Assembly (NCBI GenBank): GCA_019057815.1 | Contig: JAHLWR010000001.1 | Coordinates: 32,001-96,000 of the forward strand | DNA: 64,000 nt | From: Candidatus Heimdallarchaeota archaeon | GTDB lineage: Archaea; Asgardarchaeota; Heimdallarchaeia; Heimdallarchaeales; Heimdallarchaeaceae | Reading direction: 5' to 3' | Shown here: positions 38,334 through 48,678 of the stretch, piece after piece | Layout: each line of letters opens with the position of its first letter | Numbering within the stretch: the first letter of the stretch is position 1 | Position numbers and translations under genes: made by a program | The notes under the pieces: generated by a model | The model's input: the letters and a program-made list of their open reading frames with translations, nothing else | Database searches by the model: none | Told to the model about the DNA's origin: nothing

Positions 38334-39007
38334 AATTTTCAAAATTAATTATATCACTATTTGTATTAACCACTACTCTATCAACGTTATCAATACCTAT
38401 AGGAGTCTTAGGGGAAGAAACGGGTTATACTTCTCCACTTAATTTCTTTCAAATAGGAGGAGACACAAATTTCACAGCTTATGTGGTAGCACCTCTTTCT
38501 TGGGAACTCAATAAACCAGTTAACCTAACACTCTACATTAACGTTACAGTTTTGCCAGAGGGTTCAAACATGACAATAGTTAGTTTATCTTATAGTTACA
38601 ACTTACCTAACAGCCCCTATCCGATTTATCAAACACCCTCAACTCCAAATGAAATGATAACTGAAGCTAATCAACAAGTTGTTGATAGAAAAATTCTTCG
38701 TGCACCCTCTGATGTGGAAGAGTTCAATATAACAATAAAAATCATAGCTAATAGCTCTTCCTCCCCCGAAAATCAAGAATTTGAAATGGAATTTCCTGGT
38801 GATCTTCCATATATAGAAGTTGAAGATACGTCTGCAAATCCTATCATAAACCTACCAGGATTCCCTGAATCTAGAACATTTTGGAGATGGATTTTGATCT
38901 TTTTCGTAGCTATGATAATTATGACTTTACCGGCTTCATATGTTGCTTTCATGAAGATTCAGCAGAATTTGAAAAGTAGGAAGAAGAAAGGAGCGAAGAA
39001 AAAATGA
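38330..39007 (+). CDS. Secreted Ig-like protein with C-terminal LPGF-TM-basic anchor
   Basis: ATGA overlap with upstream gene, signal peptide, 'NLPGFP', TM segment, KSRKKKGAKKK. Confidence 0.75.
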   Translation: MKFSKLIISLFVLTTTLSTLSIPIGVLGEETGYTSPLNFFQIGGDTNFTAYVVAPLSWELNKPVNLTLYINVTVLPEGSNMTIVSLSYSYNLPNSPYPIYQTPSTPNEMITEANQQVVDRKILRAPSDVEEFNITIKIIANSSSSPENQEFEMEFPGDLPYIEVEDTSANPIINLPGFPESRTFWRWILIFFVAMIIMTLPASYVAFMKIQQNLKSRKKKGAKKK

Positions 39008-40596
39008 GTGAGAAAGAAACAACTTCACCTTTAGAAAGAGGAACAAGAAAAATGGATGTTCTTATGCGTGCATTTGGTATGAGGACTAGAATCTTTAAGG
39101 GTTCATCTCGTTCTATTGTTAAAGGCACAAGGAAAATTTATCCCTATGAGCTAAATGCAACTGTTATTGAAACAGCAAGAGGTGTAGGTATTCGTATCCA
39201 ACTAGAAAAACTATGGTACACCTTTCTCAAGTTCATACCATTCTTACTACTAATAATTATATCACTTTTATCTTATTTTGTTCCTAGTATAGGAGACAAC
39301 ATTGCTAGTGTAACAGGAGTAAATCCCTTCAAACTAGTTTTAGGTTCAGAACCGGGTTTTATTGGATTATGGATTATACTCCCTATATTAGGTCTGATTT
39401 TTATTGGAGTTGAAATATTAGAAAGAATTATTCGAGCTAGATATATTCAAGACAGAATGCCAAGATTCCTTAGTGGTGCAGAGTGGGAAATAGCAGAACC
39501 TCCAATAGTTTTAGACACAGTATCTACTTCAAGTAATTTATTGTGGTTCATGTATGTAGTAATGATTTTAATTTTCGCGCCTTTATCCTTTTCAGATTGG
39601 GTTTACACAAAATTCCTAGAAGTATACAAGGTTGAATCATCAGCTATTTTCAACACAACAACCTTGATTTCTATTCTAGATATAGCTATTCTATCAGGAA
39701 TGATGTTCGCTATCCTTTACATGAATTATGAGAAATTTAGAGGAAGTTTAGACAGAAAACAGTTTAGATATGATGTAAGGGTGGAAAGCCAAGTAAGACA
39801 AATGATACAAATAGCTACTGGTACCACAATTCTGGCAACTTTTGAATTGGTTCTATTTTATTTCATGTTTTGGAATAATATTACTGTAATCCAAGTAATC
39901 ATTTTTTACGTTCTAACAGTTGCTGCAAGTGTTTTAGGAACGTGGCTTTTCTGGCAAAAAGAAAATTACATCTTCATTGCACTATCTATTTGGTTCTTCT
40001 TGAGTGATGTAGTAATGATTTTCCTCAATGCTAATGACCCTTCATATTCATGGATGATAATTTGTCATCTATTTCTAATTCTATTCATAGTTGGGATATC
40101 ATTAAACAGATATTTTGAAGGTTACCTCGCTAAAAAAGGAATGTATGAACCTAGCTGGATCTTCAACCCATTCCCATTTTTTGCCTTTGTTATACTCTTA
40201 AAGAAGAAGAAGGTAAGAATTACAAAAAGTGTTGATAAAGAACTTGAGGAGATTAGAGATGAGGAAATGGTAACACGAGTTCGAGAGAGAGAACCTTTAA
40301 CCATAGATATAGATAAGATAAAGAAGAAGGGTAAGGGAGCTGATAAAATTATCCAATATTATCAAAAAATTCTTTCACGAATAGTTACTGGGGAGTTTAG
40401 TATTTTATCTATTACCACATTAAATTCTCAAATCTTGGAGTTTTTACGAGAAAAGAAAGAGTTAGTACCTCAAACTAAGGAGCTATTCATTGTAATAGAC
40501 AAATTATTGTGGGAAGACAATTACAAATTACAAAATGGAAGTAAGTATGTAAAAATCGCGGAACAAATGTATGAAATCGTCATTAAGATGAGGTGA
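39004..40596 (+). CDS. Polytopic membrane protein (MoxR operon)
   Basis: About 8-9 TM segments. Overlaps both neighbours by 4 bp. Confidence 0.75.
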   Translation: MSEKETTSPLERGTRKMDVLMRAFGMRTRIFKGSSRSIVKGTRKIYPYELNATVIETARGVGIRIQLEKLWYTFLKFIPFLLLIIISLLSYFVPSIGDNIASVTGVNPFKLVLGSEPGFIGLWIILPILGLIFIGVEILERIIRARYIQDRMPRFLSGAEWEIAEPPIVLDTVSTSSNLLWFMYVVMILIFAPLSFSDWVYTKFLEVYKVESSAIFNTTTLISILDIAILSGMMFAILYMNYEKFRGSLDRKQFRYDVRVESQVRQMIQIATGTTILATFELVLFYFMFWNNITVIQVIIFYVLTVAASVLGTWLFWQKENYIFIALSIWFFLSDVVMIFLNANDPSYSWMIICHLFLILFIVGISLNRYFEGYLAKKGMYEPSWIFNPFPFFAFVILLKKKKVRITKSVDKELEEIRDEEMVTRVREREPLTIDIDKIKKKGKGADKIIQYYQKILSRIVTGEFSILSITTLNSQILEFLREKKELVPQTKELFIVIDKLLWEDNYKLQNGSKYVKIAEQMYEIVIKMR

Positions 40597-41543
40597 ATAG
40601 TATGTCACTCTCCCGAGAAGAAAGGACAATTAAAGCGCAAGATGATAAGCCCAGAATTCCATTAAGGAAATTGAAGAGACTTGAGATTCTTGCGAAACAA
40701 AGAACGACTAGTTTCCTACAAGGTCATAGAAGATCAGTATTCCGCGGTCCTGGTACTGAATACTCAGATTTACGAGAATATATAGCGGGAGACGATTTAC
40801 GTTATGTTGATTGGAATGCCTCTTCTCGCGTTCCTTTAAAGCTAATTGTAAGAAATTACGAGCAGGAGAGAAATACTAACGTTGTTTTGATGATGGATAC
40901 AAGCCATTCAATGTTACTCGGAGATCCCATCCCAAGAATAAAACTTTCCGTAGAAGCCACTGCTACATTAGCTTACACCATTCTGGATAATAGAGACAAT
41001 TTCGGTTGGGTGTCATTCTCAAACAAGATTCACAAATTTATACATCCTAAAAGCGGTAAAAAACATCTTTACCATGTTTTTAATGAAATGTTTAAAATAG
41101 CACCATTCGGTCGAACAATAATTGGAGAAACCATCCGTGAAGTTTCTTTAGCACTTAAAAGAAGATCAATTATAGTAGTTTTAACAGATTTGCATGGTGA
41201 TCTTTCAGGAGCTATTGATGGTTTTAGGGTTGCAAAGGTAAAAAAACACGAAGTTAAGATTATTCATGTTCATGATCCTGAAGAGTTTCTCTTCCCAAAA
41301 CAACCTCGACAAGTTAAGTTTCAAGATCCTGAAACAGGAGAAATGCATGCTATCAATCTTAGTAATCTTCTAGAACGTGGAAAATACATGTTTGAAGTTG
41401 GAAAACAGATTCGGGAAATCAATGACTTTAAACGAAAAATTAGGGGATTAAATATTGATGTTATTGATGCACCTACAACTGTTCTTTCTGAAAAACTTCT
41501 CCTGGCATATTTTGGATCAAAAAGAAGGGGGTTGAGAACATGA
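40593..41543 (+). CDS. DUF58 / vWA domain protein
   Basis: GTEYSDLREYIAGDDLRYVDWNASSR, MIDAS-like DTSHSM, VVLTD. Confidence 0.92.
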   Translation: MNSMSLSREERTIKAQDDKPRIPLRKLKRLEILAKQRTTSFLQGHRRSVFRGPGTEYSDLREYIAGDDLRYVDWNASSRVPLKLIVRNYEQERNTNVVLMMDTSHSMLLGDPIPRIKLSVEATATLAYTILDNRDNFGWVSFSNKIHKFIHPKSGKKHLYHVFNEMFKIAPFGRTIIGETIREVSLALKRRSIIVVLTDLHGDLSGAIDGFRVAKVKKHEVKIIHVHDPEEFLFPKQPRQVKFQDPETGEMHAINLSNLLERGKYMFEVGKQIREINDFKRKIRGLNIDVIDAPTTVLSEKLLLAYFGSKRRGLRT

Positions 41544-43417
41544 AAAAAACGCATTTTCACTTAATTATAGTATTAATTTTAATTATATTTAGTACTGAAG
41601 GTTTAGCCTTCATAGAAAATGAAACAATTGTTATAGCAGGAAGTAGTAGTTCAGGAGATCTCCCTCCTCCAGATGGGGGATCAGGGGGAGATACCAGTGG
41701 TGGAGGTGCGGCAGGAGGATTATATATGAATTACAGAATTCCACTTGTTTTTAAAACTGGATCTTATGCCCCTACTTTCATATCAATTACATCGTTTCAA
41801 GATGGGCTCCCAATCATATTTGGGTATGAATCTGCATTATTTCCGGAGAATTCAGTTGTTTTAAATGTAACAGAACCTCTTATTATTAACGCGACAGCAG
41901 AACCAGAACTAACAAATGGATCTCTAATACAATCTTATGGACCACTTCAAATAACGGTTTACCATGTTGCGGAATCAGACGAGAAAGATGATAGCTTCTC
42001 ATATTCTCCTTTAGTAATGTCGATGTGGGGAAGAAGATATCAATCACCATTTGACAATGCAAAAGTAATGTTAGTTGCAGGTTTTAATAATACAAATATT
42101 GAGATTAGATATTCTAATGGAACTATATCGTATGAAACAATCCCTTTTGTTGGGGAAGTAATCGAACTAGATGTAACAAATGGGACAATTATTGAAGCTA
42201 ATGGACCAGTAGGAGCAACATTTTATTTTCTCACTCAAGATAGGGGTTCATACGCTTTTACCTCTATTCCTCAATTTCTGTGGGGAAAAGAGTATATGCT
42301 TTCACCTCAACCATTTATAGGTAATCTTTCTTTAGATGATAATTCAACTGAAATAGTATTTACAACCATGGGAGAGGGGAACCTCTCCACGTTAACCATA
42401 TCAAATCTTGGTAGTTTTGATCGCCTTGATGTACCATATAATAGCACAGCTAGCTTAAAAACTAACATTTTAAGAGAAAATGAGCACTATTATGATATTC
42501 TAGGTTTTTCTCTTGAAACAGGTTTAGAAGCCAACTTTTCAATCACCATATTGTATAATTATACAGTTAACAGCGTGATTCATGTATCGGCAATGCAATA
42601 TGTTGCATTAGAAAAAATGAAATGGGCAGAAATTTTCTATGCTACACAGAATTTCCAAAATGATTATTTAAGCTCAGTAGCCTTAGAAGACAGCGATCCG
42701 GTAATAGCATTCTGGGTAAACACAACACATATTGGAATAAGTAATCAATTTTCTGTTAATAAGGGGGACTACTTCAACTTAACATACTTTGGATTATATG
42801 GTTTCGCAGGAAATGGAACATTTTTTGCTTCACAGACAACTCCACCTCCTGAAACTAATTATTGGAATAGTTCAGCAAATATACTCTATCCAATGAATCT
42901 AATGTCTTTGAAAAACACTTCAACATTTTTTCCTTCTTGGTATAGATTCCCTAATGTAAATATAAAAGAAGTCCTTATCTTTCCTGAGGAACCTACAGAA
43001 CTTAGAAAACTAAAGCTAGATATTGTAGTTCAAAATAACGGATCTATTCCTTGTGCACCGTTTCATGTAACAGTATTTGTAAATGAATCATTGAAAATTC
43101 ACACTCTGTTGGAAGGTTTGGATATTAACCAATCGGTGTCAGTCGACTATGAGGAATTTCAATGGTTTGGGAGAAAAGTGCTAAATGTGTCAATTTATGT
43201 CGATTCTTTGAGCCAAATTTTTGAATTAGAAGAATTCGATAACGGTTTTGAGTTAATGATTGAAATAACGCGTAATTGGAATATAATTTATATCGGTGTT
43301 ACTATAGGTGTAATAGTATTTAGCTACTTAGTCTATAGGATAGTAAGAGCACTTTTGAAGAGGAGTAAGAAGCGAAAAAGAAGATTTGATATTATTGTCA
43401 GCGATGTAGAAATTTAA
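41540..43417 (+). CDS. Surface protein with IgGFc-binding-like region and CARDB domain, C-terminal TM
   Basis: 'WGRRY' and 'WGKEY' repeats. CARDB 'VVQNNGSIPCAPFHV...VDSLSQIFELEEFDN'. TM segment plus basic tail. Confidence 0.7.
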   Translation: MKKTHFHLIIVLILIIFSTEGLAFIENETIVIAGSSSSGDLPPPDGGSGGDTSGGGAAGGLYMNYRIPLVFKTGSYAPTFISITSFQDGLPIIFGYESALFPENSVVLNVTEPLIINATAEPELTNGSLIQSYGPLQITVYHVAESDEKDDSFSYSPLVMSMWGRRYQSPFDNAKVMLVAGFNNTNIEIRYSNGTISYETIPFVGEVIELDVTNGTIIEANGPVGATFYFLTQDRGSYAFTSIPQFLWGKEYMLSPQPFIGNLSLDDNSTEIVFTTMGEGNLSTLTISNLGSFDRLDVPYNSTASLKTNILRENEHYYDILGFSLETGLEANFSITILYNYTVNSVIHVSAMQYVALEKMKWAEIFYATQNFQNDYLSSVALEDSDPVIAFWVNTTHIGISNQFSVNKGDYFNLTYFGLYGFAGNGTFFASQTTPPPETNYWNSSANILYPMNLMSLKNTSTFFPSWYRFPNVNIKEVLIFPEEPTELRKLKLDIVVQNNGSIPCAPFHVTVFVNESLKIHTLLEGLDINQSVSVDYEEFQWFGRKVLNVSIYVDSLSQIFELEEFDNGFELMIEITRNWNIIYIGVTIGVIVFSYLVYRIVRALLKRSKKRKRRFDIIVSDVEI

Positions 43418-43434
43418 AATGTGAGGGGTAGTGA

Positions 43435-45615
43435 ATGAAAGACGCTATCGATACTAGTAGAAAAGGTAAAAAACAGAATAAAAAACAGAAGGAAGAAGAG
43501 ACCTTCGCACCTTTAAGTGTTATCCTAGCTAGAGACCTAATCTTCATGGATTGGACAATCAATTTTGGTTCACAGATATTAGGTATCATTGTTGGAGCTC
43601 TAATAGGATTTATGTTTGGTACTAATTTATTCGACTTATTCTCACAAACTAAAGAAGTTCCTGCTTCAGCTTATCTTGTATATTACTTTGGAATTGCCTT
43701 AAGTGTTGTAGGTCTCACTCTTTATTATATTCAAAAGATGGGAGTAAGATTGAATTCTCCAAAAAAGATTTCATCAAATTGGTTGAATATAATAAAAATC
43801 TCGTTTTTTGGGTTAGCTTTTGTTTTTGGTGTATCATATTTGTACAAAGATTACATTGTCCCTGCTGCATACAAAATTTCAGGAATAGACATACCTATAA
43901 ATGGAGATTCTGGTGACAATGGAAGTACAGGAATTGACATTCAAACTACTAACCAGTACATACTTCTACTCTTCGCTGTTATATTAACAACTGCGGTGAC
44001 AGCACTCCTCTATGCAGGATTAATGTATTCTATGAATCGTAAAATTGATACATTAATTGGTATTGCAATCATAGCTCCAGCAATTTTGTTAACATTCACC
44101 ATGCTGAATAATTCGATACGAGAAAATCTTCTAGAAGGGAGATTTCTAATATTTTTGACGGATTTTGCATATTTTCTTGTTATTTCTATTGTTACGATCC
44201 TAGTCTATCATATGAGTAGACGCATAGAGCTCACTCTTATCGTATTGTTCTTAGGGTACACTTTTGGTTATGGAGGATCTACTAATATAGTAGATCAGAT
44301 CATTGCTCTTAAATGGGGATTTCCTAACTTCTCTGACAACGTTACCACAACTGCTGATACTCTCACTCGTTCATTGCAAATTTTACAATATACAGGTCTA
44401 TTTGGAATGGTGGCTTTTCCTGTCATATTCTATAAGGACACAATACGATTCGGAAAAAATGTTTGGAAAACTATAAAGATACAAGGTTTACACATTCTAG
44501 CTTTTTTAGTAGTTGTTTTGACCATTGACGTATTGATGACTTGGTTAATGACAAGTATAGGCAATATTTTTATTACTCTAATAATTTTCATAGGGCTCAT
44601 TTGGATAGTTAATTCTATAATATCTAAAAGATATGGTAAGAAAAGCTATACTGGTATGCTTGCTACAATGACCAAAGCAACAATTCAGATGAGTGGGGCA
44701 ATGATTCCACCACTTGAAGCACAGTTTAAACTTCTAGAAGGAAAAGCTAGAAGAAGAACCATTACACTTCTGATCACTGGAACTGTCATTCCTGTTACAA
44801 TATATTTTGTAGTTATGTATATTACTACAGCAATTACTTCGCTTACACCTGTAAGTACAGCAATTTTCATGTACACAGTTGTTCCACTTTCGATAGCTGC
44901 TATTGCTTTTGCCATAACGTTCTTCTTTGTTAAAGATCCTCTTATTAAGGGAAAATTTTCCTATCCTATTAAAGCGGTATCAGTTATTGGAGGGATAGTT
45001 TATTTTATATTTGCATGCGACCAATTGATTTTCAACAACGTTGGATATTATCCCCTCTTTGTTCTATTTTACCCACTATTAGTTTATATCCCAATAAGAT
45101 CCAAGAAAAAAGTGGGAAGTTTACTTCTATCCATACCGGGAGAAAACAGAAAAAAAGCACTTCGAGAATTGCTAATAAGAAAAGATATGGAGATTATAAA
45201 ACTGGAAGATCATTTTTACAGCGCCCCTCCAATTATTAAAGTTTGGCTAGCCCTCATTCTGTCAAAACGGGGAGATAGAGAAAAAACAATTGAAAACCTA
45301 TCTGTAATGCTTAAAAGTGGTTTTCCACTAGAGAGAGCTACTTCAGCATTATGTTTACTTTATCTCAAACATCAACAAAGTGAAGAAAAATTAGTTAAAT
45401 TACTGGAAAATGACGTGGATCCAAGTGTAAGAAAAGCAATTGCATATGGTCTTAGATATCCAGATAATTTATCAGAAGAAATGTTTAAACGAATAATCGA
45501 TTCACAACATTATGAGGATGATGCAAGAGTGCAAGAAGTCCTAAAAAAAACCATTGTTTTATTGGATGAACATTTTGATAAGGCAGAAGAAGAAATATAT
45601 CTGGAAGAGATATAG
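43435..45615 (+). CDS. Polytopic membrane protein with C-terminal HEAT repeats
   Basis: More than 12 TM segments, then 'ERATSALCL' and 'DPSVRKAIAYGL'. Confidence 0.75.
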   Translation: MKDAIDTSRKGKKQNKKQKEEETFAPLSVILARDLIFMDWTINFGSQILGIIVGALIGFMFGTNLFDLFSQTKEVPASAYLVYYFGIALSVVGLTLYYIQKMGVRLNSPKKISSNWLNIIKISFFGLAFVFGVSYLYKDYIVPAAYKISGIDIPINGDSGDNGSTGIDIQTTNQYILLLFAVILTTAVTALLYAGLMYSMNRKIDTLIGIAIIAPAILLTFTMLNNSIRENLLEGRFLIFLTDFAYFLVISIVTILVYHMSRRIELTLIVLFLGYTFGYGGSTNIVDQIIALKWGFPNFSDNVTTTADTLTRSLQILQYTGLFGMVAFPVIFYKDTIRFGKNVWKTIKIQGLHILAFLVVVLTIDVLMTWLMTSIGNIFITLIIFIGLIWIVNSIISKRYGKKSYTGMLATMTKATIQMSGAMIPPLEAQFKLLEGKARRRTITLLITGTVIPVTIYFVVMYITTAITSLTPVSTAIFMYTVVPLSIAAIAFAITFFFVKDPLIKGKFSYPIKAVSVIGGIVYFIFACDQLIFNNVGYYPLFVLFYPLLVYIPIRSKKKVGSLLLSIPGENRKKALRELLIRKDMEIIKLEDHFYSAPPIIKVWLALILSKRGDREKTIENLSVMLKSGFPLERATSALCLLYLKHQQSEEKLVKLLENDVDPSVRKAIAYGLRYPDNLSEEMFKRIIDSQHYEDDARVQEVLKKTIVLLDEHFDKAEEEIYLEEI

Positions 45616-45673
45616 TTAAAGGCTTTATCATAGGGCAAAAAGATCTTAGTTAAAAGTAAATAGATAATAGGAG

Positions 45674-46369
45674 TTATTTAAGGATGATTCTAGCATCTAC
45701 AGGGAAGATACCTTGTTCATTGGCTATAATCGGGTTTATGTCCATTTCCGCAATGTAATCTCTATATTCCCATGCCAGTTTAGAAAGTATCACCATTTGT
45801 TCTGCTAATTTTTCTCTGTCAACTTTTACCATACCTCTAAAACCATTTAATAAATTCTGTGTTTTTATTTCTTCTATTGCACTAAGTGCTTGTTCTTTTG
45901 TACATGGACACATTCGAAAAACCACATCACGCAAAACCTCTACAAAAACTCCACCTGGTCCTATCAAAATCACAGGTCCAAATGTTTCATCTATCTGGCT
46001 TCCTATTATCAGTTCTATCCCCTTTTTGACCATCTTTTCAACTAGTATTCCTTCAATTTCTTTATTAGCAAATCGTTGCATATAATCTCTATACACACCT
46101 CTTACCTTTTCTTCTGTATCAAGTCCAATTACAACTGCACCTTCCTCTGTTTTATGTAAAATATGAGGACTCATAAGTTTCATTGCCACGTTTCCTTCGA
46201 AATCATGAAAGGCTTTAACAGCTTCTTCCTCACTTTTTACTAAACACGAGGGAGGTAAAACTAAACCTAATATCTTCAGAATATCCTTTGCTTCATGCTC
46301 TAATAATGCGTTTCTACCAGATTTTTTGACGTTCTCAAATATGTTTATCACTTCACTCATAATCTTCAC
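45674..46369 (-). CDS. acdB: Acetate/acyl-CoA ligase (ADP-forming) beta subunit
   Basis: ATP-grasp: LLEHEAK, KLMSPHILHKTE, ELIIG...FGPVILIGPGGVFVE, EMDINP. Confidence 0.92.
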   Translation of the reverse strand: MKIMSEVINIFENVKKSGRNALLEHEAKDILKILGLVLPPSCLVKSEEEAVKAFHDFEGNVAMKLMSPHILHKTEEGAVVIGLDTEEKVRGVYRDYMQRFANKEIEGILVEKMVKKGIELIIGSQIDETFGPVILIGPGGVFVEVLRDVVFRMCPCTKEQALSAIEEIKTQNLLNGFRGMVKVDREKLAEQMVILSKLAWEYRDYIAEMDINPIIANEQGIFPVDARIILK

Positions 46370-47800
46370 CTATTGTTTTTTCAAGGGGGATTCATTTACA
46401 TTGTAGCGTTTTAAGAATTTTGCATATTGTGTCAACAATCCCACAGCACGAACAGCTCTACCTGGGCTATCAAAACAGGGAACATCTTCCTGAAGTAATT
46501 TCTCTGTTCCCCAAATTGCTTCGTTGCCCCCTACAAGAGCTGTTAGAAAGGGTTTATCTTTTCTTTTTGAAAGCTCTTTAGTGATTTGTATATATTCCTC
46601 TATATTCAGATTTGGTATGCAAGGAAGGCAAAGATTAACAACACTATCGACGTTAGGATCGCTATATACTGCTTCTAGAGCTATACGATAGTCTTCAGCT
46701 GTTGCACTCCCGGTAATATCAATTGGGTTTTCTGTAGCATAAAAAACTGGGAAGGATTCATCTAGCTTCTTTTGTGTTTCTTCAGAGAACTTTGCTAGTT
46801 TTAAATTACAGTCAGAAACCATATCTGAAGCCATAACTCCAGCACCACCCCCATCTGTAACGATAGCTACTCTATCACCAGCTGGTAAAGGTTGTGTTCC
46901 AAAAGCCAATACGCAATCTTCAAGTTCACCCCATGTAGTAACTCTAATAAATCCTGCTTCAGTGAGAAGATCATCCACTACAGCATCATTTGAGGAAAGA
47001 GCTGCAGTATGAGATGCTCCAGCTTTAGCCCCTGTTTCCGTTCTATTGGCTTTAATTCCCATGATTGGTTTCTTTAACGAAATTTCTCTGACTTTTTCAA
47101 TGAATTTTCTACCATTCTTGAAATCTTCAAGATAAACTAATATCACTTTTGTTTCTTCATCACTACCCAAATAATCAATGCAATCTGCTTCATTAATATC
47201 TGATGCATTACCATAACTTATGAACTTCGATACCCAATTTCCACTACCAAGACGATATAACTGATCAATAAAAGCTGCACCAAAAGCTCCACTCTGGGTA
47301 AAGATCGATACTTTCCCAGATTTTGGTCTTTTAAGTTTTGATTCAGGTAGGAACATTGTATCATAACCAAGTTTAGGAGCATATAATCCTAAACAATTGG
47401 GACCAATAACGTTAATTCTATATTCATTCATTATTTCAAGCATTTTTTCTTGAATCTTTTGCCCCTCAACTCCTATCTCAGAAAAGCCACCAGTTGTGAT
47501 AATTACTTCTCTTATTGCTTTCTTACCACATTCTTCAAGAGCTTTGGGAGCATATTTTGCAGGAACAATAATAATGGCAACATCTACAGTACCTTCAATA
47601 TCTAAGATTGATTTGTACAAAGGATACTTCTTGCCAGCAAGCTCATGTTCCCCTCCTTTAGGGTTCACAAGATAGAGCTTTCCTGGAAACTTTTTCGCAA
47701 AATTCTCTGCAACAACGCCTCCTGGTTTAAGAGGATTAGTAGAAGCGCCAATAACACAGAAACTTGTTGCATCAAAAAAATTCTTGAGTTTATTAGACAT
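46370..47800 (-). CDS. acdA: Acetate/acyl-CoA ligase (ADP-forming) alpha subunit
   Basis: VIGAS, IGPNCLG, TQSGA, ASHTA (phospho-His), NPIDITG. Start set at MSNKLKNFF; the longer ORF overlaps the divergent gene. Confidence 0.92.
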   Translation of the reverse strand: MSNKLKNFFDATSFCVIGASTNPLKPGGVVAENFAKKFPGKLYLVNPKGGEHELAGKKYPLYKSILDIEGTVDVAIIIVPAKYAPKALEECGKKAIREVIITTGGFSEIGVEGQKIQEKMLEIMNEYRINVIGPNCLGLYAPKLGYDTMFLPESKLKRPKSGKVSIFTQSGAFGAAFIDQLYRLGSGNWVSKFISYGNASDINEADCIDYLGSDEETKVILVYLEDFKNGRKFIEKVREISLKKPIMGIKANRTETGAKAGASHTAALSSNDAVVDDLLTEAGFIRVTTWGELEDCVLAFGTQPLPAGDRVAIVTDGGGAGVMASDMVSDCNLKLAKFSEETQKKLDESFPVFYATENPIDITGSATAEDYRIALEAVYSDPNVDSVVNLCLPCIPNLNIEEYIQITKELSKRKDKPFLTALVGGNEAIWGTEKLLQEDVPCFDSPGRAVRAVGLLTQYAKFLKRYNVNESPLKKQ

Positions 47801-47960
47801 GTTTCTCATTCTGTTCTTTAAATATCTGATTAAAAATATTGTTTTTAGCACATAAATATCATTAAATGTCACGAAAAACGTATTTAAGCACTTATTTAAA
47901 GCTTTAAGCTTTTTTGAGAATTTGAAAAGAGATATAAAGGTGTTATAACCGTAAATAAAT

Positions 47961-48572
47961 ATGGGTCGTAATAGATTTCTATCTAATTTGGTCGCGTTGA
48001 TTGTAAGTTTAGCAATCACCTATCCAATTGTGCATTTTATCGACAATGTTACACGTGGAGGGACTATAAGTGTAAATGCGGGTGCGTTTCTATTCGGTGG
48101 TTTTATACTGGGATTAATTGCCTATAAAAACGATGGAATAAAGATAGCTGCAATTATTTCAATAACGATTTTCATATTAGCTACTATTGTTGGTGTAATG
48201 ATGATAGTAGCTGGAGGAGGAACTATAGGAGATTTCTCACAAGACGTTGTCGAACAAATATTTGGACCAATTTTGGGTTTGACGTTTATCATAATTGGAA
48301 TAATACTCATCGTAGGTTTTGCTATTGCAGCAGGATTGTTCATAGTAGCTTCAGCAATAGGATCAGCTATTGGTAATAGTATTTGGAGAGACAAAGAAAA
48401 GGAACTTGAAGCTAGAGGAGCATATAGTCCAGATGCTTATCAGCCAGCTCAGCAACCTTATCAACAACCCTACCAACAACCACAACAAGCAAGAGTCAAA
48501 CTATGTCAATATTGCGGAACTGAAGTTCCTAGTTCGGATAGTTTCTGTATAAATTGTGGAGCAAAGATTTAA
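47961..48572 (+). CDS. Membrane protein with Q/P/Y-rich linker and C-terminal zinc ribbon
   Basis: TM segments, YQPAQQPYQQPYQQPQQ, CQYCG...CINCG. Confidence 0.8.
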   Translation: MGRNRFLSNLVALIVSLAITYPIVHFIDNVTRGGTISVNAGAFLFGGFILGLIAYKNDGIKIAAIISITIFILATIVGVMMIVAGGGTIGDFSQDVVEQIFGPILGLTFIIIGIILIVGFAIAAGLFIVASAIGSAIGNSIWRDKEKELEARGAYSPDAYQPAQQPYQQPYQQPQQARVKLCQYCGTEVPSSDSFCINCGAKI

Positions 48573-48678
48573 TTCTTTCTCTTTTTCATTATTATTTATG
48601 TTTTTTGAGCCAAAATCACATCTAGATACTATAACATGAAAGACAACTTTTTGTATTTCATTAACATCTACACTCTTA

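Noticed and set aside
47801-48019. N-terminal 70-aa extension of AcdA in the ORF track
   Set aside because: It overlaps the divergent gene and AT-rich promoter region. Family homology begins at MSNKLKNFF.
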